A DNA stretch of 64,000 bases. It comes from Candidatus Marinacidobacterales bacterium (GTDB lineage Bacteria > Acidobacteriota > Vicinamibacteria > Marinacidobacterales > SMYC01). Under the pieces are notes generated by a model, which did no database searches, was not told where the DNA came from, and saw only the letters and a list, made by a program, of their open reading frames with translations. The stretch's first letter is position 1, and the number at the start of each line of letters is the position of its first letter. This document shows positions 28,438 through 37,689 of the stretch, piece by piece. Made by a program: the position numbers and the translations under genes. The DNA is taken from assembly GCA_965237955.1 (NCBI GenBank), contig OZ250169.1, positions 4,960,001 through 5,024,000 on the forward strand. The letters are read 5' to 3'.

Positions 28438-29883
28438 GGAGATGCCCCTGAGATAGTTGAAGGTTAGGAGTGGCGGCTCCTAAGGCCGGGTTCGATAGAA
28501 TCCGGCTGTGAAGGAAAAAGAAAGGAGCCACCACGATGTCAAATTACCAAATCATCGATGCGAAGAACAGGAAGAAGCTTCGAGAGATACTGAGCTCGAA
28601 GGGGCAAGCTCTGTTGCCGTTCTTGGATGCGATTGAGCGAACCGAGATAGCGATCGACGAAGTGATCGACGTTGCTGGCCGAGCGACGATCGAAGCGGTC
28701 TTGGATCTGTCAGCCCAAAGTGTGGCTGGGGAGAAACACCTGGGGAAGAAGGGTAGCGATGTTCGCTGGCACGGCCGGCAGGGTGGCGTAGTAAGCCTTG
28801 CGGAGCGGAAGTTGAGAGTGAGCCGGCCACGTCTGCGGCGTAAGGGAAAGGCAGAGGGAGGGGAGGTTGCGATTCCTGCCTACGAAGCGGTGAACAACTC
28901 GTCTCGGCTGAGCCAACGCATCTGGGAAATCCTGATGCTGGGTGTGTCGACGCGCAAGTACGCGTCGGTTCTTCCCGAGATGGCGGAGACGGTAGGGGTT
29001 AGCAAGAGCGAGGTGAGCCGTGAGTTCGTGGAAGCAAGCGCGGAGCAGTTGCAGGGGCTGATGGAGCGTCCGCTGGACGAGCTGGAGATCGCGGTCGTGT
29101 ACCTGGACGGGATTCGCTTCGGCGAGCACCACGCGCTGGCGGCAATCGGCGTAGATACAGAGGGATACAAGCATGTTCTGGGGCTTCGGGATGGAGCATC
29201 GGAGAACCAGATAGTGTGCAAGGCGCTGCTGGAGGACCTGGTCGAACGAGGCCTGAGCCCAGAGCGGTGTCGGCTGTTCGTGATCGATGGCTCCAAGGCG
29301 CTACGGGTCGCCGTCGACGCTGTGTTCGGTACCCACAACAAGGTCCAGCGTTGCAGGAAGCACAAGGAGCGCAATGTGCTCGGTTATCTGCCGCAGGAGC
29401 TGAAGCCGCAAGTGCAAGCGAGCCTGCGTTCGGCCTGGCAGCTCCCAGCAAAGAAGGGCAAAGCGCGGTTGGAGCAACAGGCGAAGTGGCTCGAGGACGA
29501 CTACCCCTCGGCGGCGGAGAGCATCCGGGAGGGGCTCGACGAGATGTTCACCATCAACGAGCTCGACCTCCCCGCATCTCTGAAACGCTGCCTTGGATCG
29601 ACGAACATCATCGAGTCGTGCTTCAGCGGTGCGCGAGGTCGTACCCGTTCGCGTCACCCGCTGGCGCAATGGCAAGATGGTTCTGAGATGGGCCGCTTCG
29701 GCTCTGCTCGCCACGGAGAAAAATTTCCGTCGTATCATTGGATACCAATCGCTACCGATCCTCGAAGCGAAGTTAGCGGAGGTCACTGAGAATCAAGCGC
29801 TCGACAAGCACGCCAAAGTCGGGTAAACCATGTGTCAGGAGCCGCCACCACCTCGAACCTTCAACTATGGTGGGGGCACCTCC
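28438..29883 (+). mobile_element. IS256 family insertion sequence
   Basis: TIRs GGAGATGCCCCTGAGATAGTTGAAGGTT and AACCTTCAACTATGGTGGGGGCACCTCC; 8-bp target duplication GACTACCG at 28430-28437 and 29884-29891. Confidence 0.93.
28536..29826 (+). CDS. IS256 transposase (frameshift near 29648)
   Basis: GVSTRK, YLDG, IDGSKAL, QRCRKHKERN, STNIIES; C-terminus RVTRWRNGKM is in a shifted frame. Confidence 0.9.
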
Positions 29884-30519
29884 GACTACCGCCGGAACAT
29901 CGACAGCGAGCCGGGTTCGGAAGACTGCGTCGGTCGGGCGCTCTGGGCGCTCGGGACAGCCGTCCGATTCGGACCCGACGAAGGATGCCGCTCGCTCGCG
30001 AAGGAGATGTTCGACCGAGGCGTGGGTCGCGCGCTGGGATTCGGCCCGCGGGGATGCGCGCTCGCGATCCTCGGGCTCGTCGCCTACCTTGAAGCCGAGC
30101 CCGGCGACGGCATCGCGCGCGCGACTCTCGAGTCGCTCGAGCGCGCTCTGATCGAGCGCTTTGAACGGCAGGCCGACGGCAAGTGGCGCTGGTTCGAGCC
30201 GAAGTTGACGTACGAGAACGCCGTGCTGCCGCTGGCGCTCTTCGAAGTCGCAAGGCTCACGACCGACGAGACGGCGCTCGGAGTCGCACGAGAGACTCTC
30301 GCGTTCCTCGAGGAGATCTGTTTCTCCGAGGGGTACCTGACGCTGATCGGCAACAAGGGATGGTACGAGCGGGGAGCGCAGAGGGCGGTTGTCGACGAGC
30401 AACCGGTCGACGCGGCGGCCTTCGTACTCGCGTTTCACGCCGCGTACGCGGCGACCGGCGACCATCAGTACCTGGCGCTCATGCGCGAGTCGTTTGAATG
30501 GTTCCTCGGCGCCAATCGC

Positions 30520-30652
30520 CTAGTCCCCCGGATCTTTGATTACTATACAAAGTTAGGCTTTTCGCCAGCCCATAAGATTCATAAGATTCATGCACTTAGA
30601 AGGGTTTCGGCAAGCTCTGCTTTATCTAGTTTGTTCTGATACAGGGGACTAG
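30520..30652. mobile_element. MITE copy 1 (129-bp insertion, CTAG duplicated)
   Basis: CTAG-TCCCCCG...CAGGGGA-CTAG; AT-rich; matches 38709-38841 apart from 1 nt; removal restores NRL-GLSLYD. Confidence 0.92.
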
Positions 30653-32289
30653 GGCTGTCGCTGTATGATTTCTCCACCGCCGGCTGCCGGGGCAGCGCGA
30701 CGAGCAGTGCCCGCGCGTTGTCGTCGACGCAGTAGCCGTGGCGACGGTCGGGCACGTTGCGGGTCGCGTGCTGGAGGAGCCCGGTGTCGTCGGTCATCCG
30801 GATCAGATGGTCGAGTCGCAGCTCGGGCAGGCTGCGCTTGCGCGCCGGTCGCGGCGCGCGCGCAACTGCATCGCTCAACACGCGCCGCGCGAGTCCGACG
30901 TACGCGAGCCCGACCGGCCGCCAGATCATCTGCCGTCCGAACGCATACGCCGATCGCTGGGCCCGCGCCATCGCCTGCTCGTCGGCCAGGAGCTGCCCGA
31001 GGACGGTTCTCAGCCCCTCGACGTCGCCGAAACCGAACAGCCGCCCGCGACCCCCGGCGAGCAGCTCCTTCGCGTACCAGTACGGCGTCGAGACGACGGC
31101 GGCCCCCGACCCCATCGCGTACGCTAGCGTGCCGCTCGCGATCTGCGCTTCGCCGAGGTATGGAGTGATGCAGACGTCCGCCGCCTGCAGGTACCTGCAT
31201 AGCTCGGCGTCGTCGACGAACTGGTTCCGGAAGACGACGTTGTCGGAGATGTTGAGCGACTCGGTGAGGCGCTTCAGCGAGTGGCGGTACTCCTCGCCGT
31301 TGCGGCGCTTCACCTCCGGGTGCGTCACGCCGACGATGAGGTAGACGAGGTTGGGAAACCTCTCGATGAGACCCGGGAGTGCCCGGATCACGACGTCGAT
31401 CCCCTTCGCGGGGCTCAGCAGGCCGAAGGTGAGCAGCACGCGTCGGCCGGCGACGCCGAACCCGGCCTTGTGCGCGTCGCGCTCGCCCGCCGGTATGTCC
31501 GGAATCCCGTGCGGGATCATCTCCGTTGTCGAACGCGGGATCCCGTAGGATCTCTCGAGCAGCTCAACAGCAAGTTCGCTCATGACGACCAGGCGCTCGC
31601 AGCGCTCGGCCATCCTCAGCACGATCTCCCGCTGCGATTCCGTCGGGTCCTTCAGGACGGTGTGCAGCGTTGCGATCGCTGGCTTGCGCAGCGCGGCGAG
31701 AAAGTCGAGGACGCGCGCGCCGTTGGTCCCTTCGAAGATCCCGTACTCGTGCTGGATCGAGACGAGCCGGATATCGCTGACGTTGACGAACTCGGCTGCG
31801 CGCCGGTAGTCGGCGTCCACCCCCCGGCGGACCTCGAAGCGGACGCGCTCGGGCTGCTCGTAGGTCGAGTCGGCGTCCGTCATCGCGAGGACCGTCGCGC
31901 GCACGCTCTCGTCCGCTGCGATCACGGCGTCGCTCAGGTCGTGCGTGAACGTCGCGATCCCGCACATGCGAGGCGGATAGGTCCCGAGGAAGGCGATCGA
32001 CAGATCGTCGGCATGCTGGCGTCCGGGGTCTCTTCTTCGCTCATGCATCATCGGCTTGTCCGCCGATGGCGGTGCCGTACTATCCACAAACTCGATCACC
32101 GTCACAACTCCTTGCCCAGCGGGTAAGCGCAACAAGCTGGGTTTCCTGCCATCCACCGGAAAGCTTCACCCAGGGGATGCTACAAATAACGTGTCGTTTC
32201 GCTTTTATACTACGTTAGCAACCTCAAGACGGTTGAACAAGCCGACAACCGCGAGGCTGACTTGGCGAGCTTCGGAAGCATCGCTCCGG

Positions 32290-33400
32290 CTAGTGTCCCC
32301 ACGAGTGAGCGGTTCCCTCGGAGGCCAGCGAGACGTAGACGGTCTCGTAGCCCCTCGCCATGGTCTCGACCGAGAAGCGTCTCTCGGCGTTCGCGCGGCA
32401 GGCGGCGGGAGAAATGCCGTCGAGGTCCTTGACCGCGGCGGCCGCCTCGTCGAGCGAGTCGACGACAAACCCCGTCTCGCCGTCCACGATGATCTCCGGC
32501 AGGGCGCCGTGGCGCGTCGCGATCAGCGGCGTGCCGGAGGACTGGGCCTCGACGGCCACGAGACCGAACGGCTCGCACCAGTTGATCGGGAAGAGGACCG
32601 CCGCCGCCTTCTGGTAGTACGGCGCCAACTCCTGCTGCGACAGCAGGCCCAGGTACTCGATCTGCCCACCGTCGAGGTGGGGCCGCACCCGGGCGTCGAA
32701 GAACTCCTGGTACCGGGCCTCGATCATGCCGGCCATGAGGAGGCGTCTGCCGGATCGCTTTGCCACCTCGATGGCCCTGTCCGGACCCTTCTCGGGTGAG
32801 AGGCGACCCGCAAAGAGCAGGTAGTCGTCTTTTTCGGCCTCGAACGGAAACTGCTCGATCCGAATGCCGTTGTAGACGGTCGCGACGTAGTTGAGCTCCG
32901 GCAGCATCCGCCGCTCGGCGTCCGAGAGAGACACGAAAGGCAGCTCCCGGTAGGCGCCGCAGGATCGGGTGCGTTGCCCGCACCCACGCCGAGCCGTGCA
33001 GCGTCGTGACCAGCGGGCAGCGGATCAGGCGGCCGAAGACGAGCGCATGGACGTGCAGGTGCGAGTGGACGACGTCGAACTCCCCCTCGGCACCGCGTTG
33101 CATGCAGGCGGCAATGTGCAACTCTTCCAGCACGCGCGCGTCCGGCGGGCCTTCCAGGTGGCCCGTATCCGGATCGAACTCCGTCGTCCTGCAGCGTTCC
33201 GCCTCCGGCCAAGTCGAGAGCGCGTGGGGAACGGTGGTCACGACCTTCGCGCTGCTCCGCGTGCCGCCGGCGGCAAAGAGGGTCACGTCGTGACCGAGCC
33301 GCACGAGCGCCTCGGTCAGGTTGTACGCCACCAGCTCCCACGGTCCGTAGCCGCCGAGAGGAAGCGGCCAGCTGATGGGAGCGAGCATGGCGATGCGCAT
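32290..33400 (-). CDS. GT4 glycosyltransferase (frameshift near 32950)
   Basis: MRIAMLAPISW..GYGPWE, TTLHG, GRLSPEKG, EPFGLVAVEA. Confidence 0.85.
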
Positions 33401-33406
33401 GGGTGG

Positions 33407-34476
33407 CTAATACGTCCTGCCCGCGAGCCCGCGGCGAAGATCGTAGGCCGGCCGGCCGGTGCGGGGGTCCATGGGATAGCGGCGGCAGAGTTCGGCGAGC
33501 ACGTCCTCGTGGCTGAGAGCGACGTTCATGACGGTGTCGTTGCCGCCGTAGTACACGAGAACGGTCCCGTCTTCGCGCCTCAACGCGCCGCACGTGAACA
33601 CGACGTTCGGAACGTGGACGTAGTCGGTGTCGCGCACCGCACAGTCGGCGCGGCTCGGCGTCAGAATCGGGATGGCCGACACCCGCACCGTCGCCGGGGC
33701 CTCGAGCTCGTGCAGGGCGACACCGAGAACGTACGGGTTCCCGTCCATCGTGGTGCGGACCCCGTGGAAGATGTCGAGCCAGCCGTGCGGGGTCCTGATC
33801 GGCGGCGCGCCCGGACCGATCTTGTCGGCGAACGCCGACGGCCCCCCCCGGCGCGCCACAGCGGCTCGTCGGAGATTTCCCAGCGGCCGGACTCGATGCG
33901 GTCGGTGGTCCCGATCCTGATCTCGGCGAACGCCTGGTTGGGGCGAAAGAGCGCCCAGAACCTGCCGCCGATGGCCTCCGGGAAGATCACGACGTTGCGC
34001 ATGTCCGTTTCGAGGACGGGGCCGTGGCGGGTGAACGCGTTGAAATCCGTCGTCGTGGCCAGCGACACCCGCACCCTGTCCTTCATCCGGGCGTGATAGG
34101 CGCTGTAGGTCACAAAAAAGGTGTCGCCGATCTTCGAGATGCGCGCATCCTCGACGCCGCCCGCCTCGTTTTCGACCAGCCGGGCCCGGTCGACGCCGTC
34201 CGCAAAGAGATCGCCCTCGCGGCACGGAAGCATGGCCGGCTACGGATCGACCCGCCAGTCGTGGAGGCCGTCGGCGCTTCGGGCCAGGCCCAGCACGGAG
34301 ATGCCGTCTCGAAGGTGCGACCTGAACAGCATCAGGCTCTCGCCGCCGTGCTCGGCGATCCCCGCGTTGTGAACCGTCCTGACCTGGAGGTCAGGACTCT
34401 TCCAGACGGCGTTGACGTCGTGGCACGTCAGGATCGGATTGCCGTCGAAACGCTGGACGGGTGCATCGAGATCCAT
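33407..34476 (-). pseudogene. GH130 glycosidase/phosphorylase, short form (in-frame TAG at 34240, frameshift near 33845)
   Basis: [44 protein letters not shown] spread over three ORFs. Confidence 0.8.
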
Positions 34477-34509
34477 CAGCCCGAGACCACCTTGGGCCCC
34501 GCGGCGCAG

Positions 34510-34632
34510 TCGAAGCCACTCGGAGCGGAAAGTTCCCTCTTCGTCGAACCGCTCGTAGGTGTGAGCGCCGAAGTAGTCGCGCTGCGCCTGTAGGGGGTTG
34601 TGCAGGAGCCGCTCGCTGCGGTACCCGTCGGC
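34510..34632 (-). pseudogene. gnd: 6-phosphogluconate dehydrogenase C-terminal fragment
   Basis: [24 protein letters not shown]...F.SEW signature C-terminus. Confidence 0.8.
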
Positions 34633-34764
34633 CATGCTGGGTCTCAAGGCGTATGCTACCATGCGACCCGTGACCATGTCCCCACGGGAGTTCTGCGAGC
34701 GTTTCTGCGGCCAAGGATCGTCTGCGAGAAGAAATGGAAGTTCGGTGTTTGACGGCCCAAACCG

Positions 34765-35050
34765 AGCCCTTGCCGATGTATTCGAGCGACGGATCATCGG
34801 ACAAGAGCTCGCGCTGCAGGCGCTGACCTGCACGTTTCCTCGCGTCCTGGCCGGCCTTCGCGATCCTCGCGTCCAGTCTTGAGTGTATTATTATTGGGTC
34901 CGACGGAGCGTTGGGACAAACGGAGACGGCCTAAGCGCTCGCTCTAACGCTCTTCGGCTCGGAGAACGCGCTGACCCGTGTGATAGTGCTCTTCGATGAG
35001 ATCGAGAAAGCGCACCCCGTGCTCTGGAACGCCCTGCTCGGGATCCTGAG
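34765..35050 (+). pseudogene. ClpA/ClpB-like AAA domain remnant
   Basis: RIIGQE, degenerate LLLGPT..ETA Walker A, LFGSE, VLFDEIEKAHP.LWNALLGIL with stops, indels and an internal deletion. Confidence 0.75.
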
Positions 35051-35125
35051 GCTTTGTCGGTGCTGAGCGGCTGACGGAGCCTGTGAGAGTGATGTAAGTA
35101 CGTTGCAATCTAGAGCCACGAATCA

Positions 35126-35368
35126 TCAATCCTTATCGATATCGTTCAAGATATCGTGAATCGTGTCTGGCTGCGCGGCATAGTTGTGCGTCATGTTGGT
35201 CGTGAAGATTTCCTTTGCGGCCCGGTCGCCGGCGTCGTCGGAGGATAAGCCCTGGTTCGTAAGCGCACGTACGCGGTCCCTCCATTTTCTAACCTGGGCA
35301 GGCGTTGGCTCGTCCTGAAAGAGGCCATACAGAATCCGAAGCTTGTGCTGCGCATCGCGAATGCTCAT
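35126..35368 (-). CDS. Hypothetical protein (80 aa)
   Basis: SD-like AGGAG/AAGG upstream; plausible composition. Confidence 0.5.
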   Translation of the reverse strand: MSIRDAQHKLRILYGLFQDEPTPAQVRKWRDRVRALTNQGLSSDDAGDRAAKEIFTTNMTHNYAAQPDTIHDILNDIDKD

Positions 35369-35577
35369 CCTTTTTCTCCTGTCGTCGCTTGTAAATGCTG
35401 CATTACGACAACCTTATTTTTTCAAATCGAGCGTAGGCATAGCTTAGTGAAATTAACGGCGATTCTGGAGGAATTCTGGGGAATGCGCGGGCTGAATGCA
35501 AACGGTCGTTCCAACGCGGACCGTTTTTTGGTGTTGGGAAATCTGTTGGGACTCAGGTGGCGAAACTCGGGTAAAAA

Positions 35578-35680
35578 ACCGTGCAGGAGCTCGGTGGCTG
35601 GAAGTCGCTTCAGATGGTGGAGCGCTATCACGCACCTGTCACCAGCGCACCTCGCGAACGCGATTGAATCCATCGTTGGG
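35578..35680 (+). pseudogene. Tyrosine integrase C-terminal remnant
   Basis: TVQELGGWKSLQMVERY + HLSPAHLANAIESI (catalytic Tyr box), frameshifted. Confidence 0.8.
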
Positions 35681-35760
35681 CGTAAAGGTCCCAACGGTGA
35701 GAAGACGACGAAACGCGGGACCGCGAAGCTAGGCCCTGCTAAGCGAGGCGTACGGTAATT

Positions 35761-35806
35761 TTCATTACTCTAGGGACCGGATCCTTTTCACTACGCTATT
35801 CACTAC
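35761..35806 (+). repeat. Integrase arm-type direct repeats TTCA(C/T)TAC x3
   Basis: TTCATTAC 35761, TTCACTAC 35787 and 35799, between the integrase remnant and the tRNA junction. Confidence 0.55.
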
Positions 35807-35864
35807 ACTCGGGATCTTGGAAATATAACCCTTTTACTTTCAACTCGTTAGGTTGCTAACGTAT

Positions 35865-35908
35865 CAGTTTCTGAGACTGCTGCGTCTGCCAGTTTGCGCC
35901 ACCTGGGC
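35865..35908 (-). tRNA. tRNA-Leu(CAG), 5' half only
   Basis: GCCCAGG TG GCGCAAACTGGCAGACGC A GCAGT CT CAG AA ACTG, then non-tRNA sequence; no variable arm, T arm or 3' acceptor strand found. Confidence 0.85.
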
Positions 35909-35949
35909 ACACTTGTCCTGTTCGAATGACCTCCGTGTGGTTGCCGGGC

Positions 35950-35985
35950 AAAAAAAAGCCCCTGCGGCCGCGCCGAAGGGGCTTT
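35950..35985 (-). terminator. Rho-independent terminator (candidate attenuator)
   Basis: AAAGCCCCT...AGGGGC stem followed by T8 on the minus strand. Confidence 0.85.
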
Positions 35986-36005
35986 GATTCGATCTTCGAT
36001 CGAGT

Positions 36006-36089
36006 CTAGACTTCCACCTCCGAAGCGGACCGGTGCACACCGCCTCTTGGGCCGCTAAGTAACTCGGATAGCCGAAGCCGCTGTATCAT
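36006..36089 (-). CDS. Putative Leu-sensing leader peptide MIQRLRLSELLSGPRGGVHRSASEVEV
   Basis: 27 codons with Leu as CTT, CTA, TTA, CTT; extended -10 TGtTACTAT at 36100-36108; terminator 20 nt after the stop. Confidence 0.65.
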   Translation of the reverse strand: MIQRLRLSELLSGPRGGVHRSASEVEV

Positions 36090-36140
36090 GACGATCGAAA
36101 TAGTAACACGTTTTATCGTGGACGTCGCGGGTTTTCACGC

Positions 36141-37028
36141 ATGGATGCCATTGCGCGCGCACGGCTGAGTCTCGAAGGGCTGTCGCTCGGAGACGGATTT
36201 GGCGAGCGGTTCTTCTGTGCGCCCGAAGTGCTCGACTTCCTACTTCGTGAACGGGCGATGCCCACCGGACCGTGGCGCTATACCGACGATACGGTGATGG
36301 CGCTCTCTATTGTTGAAGTGCTCGAGCGTCACGGGGAGATCGAATCGAACCGTCTCTCTGTTCTGTTCGCGAAGAAGTATGCCGAGGATCCGGATAGGGG
36401 TTACGGCAGCAACGCCCACCGCATCCTCCGGGCGGTCGGCAACGGTGAAGACTGGAGGGACGTTGCGCCGAGCGCTTTCGGCGGTGCCGGCTCGATGGGG
36501 AACGGGGGAGCGATGCGGGTGGCGCCTCTGGGCGCGTATTTTGCCGACGACATCGAGCGTGCCGCTTTCGAAGCGCGGCGCTCGGCCGAAGTAACTCACG
36601 CGCATTTGGAAGGGCAGGCGGGGGCGATCGCTGTCGCAGTGGCGGCGGCCGCTGCCATCAACGGTGAGGATCTCCTGGATGCAGCCCTACGACTTACGCC
36701 GGCGAGCGAGACGAAGCACGGGATCGAGCGCGCCGCGGCGCTGTCTCCGGATTCGAGCGTCGCGGTTGCAGTGGAAGATCTCGGAAATGGCTCGCAGGTC
36801 GTTGCTCAGGACACGGTGCCGTTTTCGCTTTGGTGCGCCGCACGCCATCGGGACGACTTCGAAGAAGCGATGTGGACGACGGTGAGCGGGCTCGGCGATC
36901 GCGACACGACGTGCGCGATCGTCGGCGGTATCGTGGCCGGTGTCGTTGGAGAGGATGCGCTGCCCGCGTCCTGGCTCGAGCTGCGGGAGCCGCTTACGAC
37001 CTTTGCCGGTCATGGCTGGCCGTCGTGA
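36141..37028 (+). CDS. ADP-ribosylglycohydrolase family protein
   Basis: GDGFG, YTDDT, GNGGAMRVAP, GDRDT motifs. Confidence 0.93.
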   Translation: MDAIARARLSLEGLSLGDGFGERFFCAPEVLDFLLRERAMPTGPWRYTDDTVMALSIVEVLERHGEIESNRLSVLFAKKYAEDPDRGYGSNAHRILRAVGNGEDWRDVAPSAFGGAGSMGNGGAMRVAPLGAYFADDIERAAFEARRSAEVTHAHLEGQAGAIAVAVAAAAAINGEDLLDAALRLTPASETKHGIERAAALSPDSSVAVAVEDLGNGSQVVAQDTVPFSLWCAARHRDDFEEAMWTTVSGLGDRDTTCAIVGGIVAGVVGEDALPASWLELREPLTTFAGHGWPS

Positions 37029-37047
37029 TCCTTTTTGTGGAAAGATA

Positions 37048-37650
37048 ATGTTCATCCATTCGATCGACGAGAACACGACGCTTGCGTTGGTCGAGATGCG
37101 CGACGCCGATGAGCTGTTCGAGCTCGTGGACGCGTCGCGCATGTACCTTCGGGAATGGCTTCCTTGGGTCGATGCCAGTGTGTCGGTGGAGGATACGAAG
37201 GCGTTCGTCTACGCAGCGCAACAGCAGTATGCTCTCGGTGACGGTTTCCAGTGTTGCATTCGCTACCGGGGGAAGATCATTGGCGTCATCGGATTTCACC
37301 GAGTCGATCGGTTCCACAAGCACGCCGAGATCGGCTACTGGTTGGCGGAGGAGTATCAAGGTCGCGGGATCATGACCGCGTGTTGCCGCTCATTCGTCGA
37401 TTTTGCCTTCCGCGAGTACAAACTGCACCGCGTCGAGATCCGGGCGGCGGTCGAGAACCAGAAGAGCCGCGCGATTCCGGAGCGTCTCGGCTTCACCCAC
37501 GAGGGAACGCTCCGCGAGTCGGAGTGGGTAAACGACCATTTTGTGGACGGCGCGGTCTACGCGATGTTCGAGCGCGATTGGACCTCTCCCCCGTCGGGGG
37601 AGAGGTTGAAGACTGCACCGTTCGTCCCCCGTGGGGGAGAGGACAGGTGA
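37048..37650 (+). CDS. RimJ/RimL family GNAT N-acetyltransferase
   Basis: LREWLPWV, EIGYWL..YQGRGIMT, NQKSRAIPERLGF. Confidence 0.92.
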   Translation: MFIHSIDENTTLALVEMRDADELFELVDASRMYLREWLPWVDASVSVEDTKAFVYAAQQQYALGDGFQCCIRYRGKIIGVIGFHRVDRFHKHAEIGYWLAEEYQGRGIMTACCRSFVDFAFREYKLHRVEIRAAVENQKSRAIPERLGFTHEGTLRESEWVNDHFVDGAVYAMFERDWTSPPSGERLKTAPFVPRGGEDR

Positions 37651-37689
37651 TGGGACGCACGTGACCTGGTTGTAGTAAGCTCCCTCCCC

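Larger units (their letters stand above)
28075..32051 (-). pseudogene. GT4 glycosyltransferase fused to a C-terminal helical-barrel domain; middle inverted and interrupted by IS256 and a MITE
   Basis: N-part (-) 32051-30692 ends DDNARALLVAL; middle part (+) 28322-30691 reads LAQRV..FHNFMDYR|IS|RNIDSE..FLGANRL|MITE|GLSLYDFSTAGCR; C-part (-) 28321-28075 starts LNENQGAES. Confidence 0.85.
22170..35865. mobile_element. Decayed genomic island anchored at tRNA-Leu (left boundary approximate)
   Basis: Integrase remnant and arm repeats beside a split tRNA at the right end; IS remnants and pseudogenes inside; core genes resume left of 22170. Confidence 0.55.

Noticed and set aside
26588-28534. 648-aa ORF as an N-terminally extended GH130
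   Set aside because: The extension reads through the IS256 end and the inverted GT fragment; the real start is near 28078
32195-32222. dif/Xer site
   Set aside because: Only a partial match to the XerD arm and no XerC arm
34240-34242. In-frame TAG in GH130 as pyrrolysine or stop-codon recoding
   Set aside because: TAG is used as a normal stop throughout the window and the gene is in a decaying island; a nonsense change is simpler
35700-35865. Group I intron interrupting tRNA-Leu
   Set aside because: The break is after the anticodon stem rather than in the loop, no intron core or 3' exon was found, and an integrase remnant and arm repeats are adjacent
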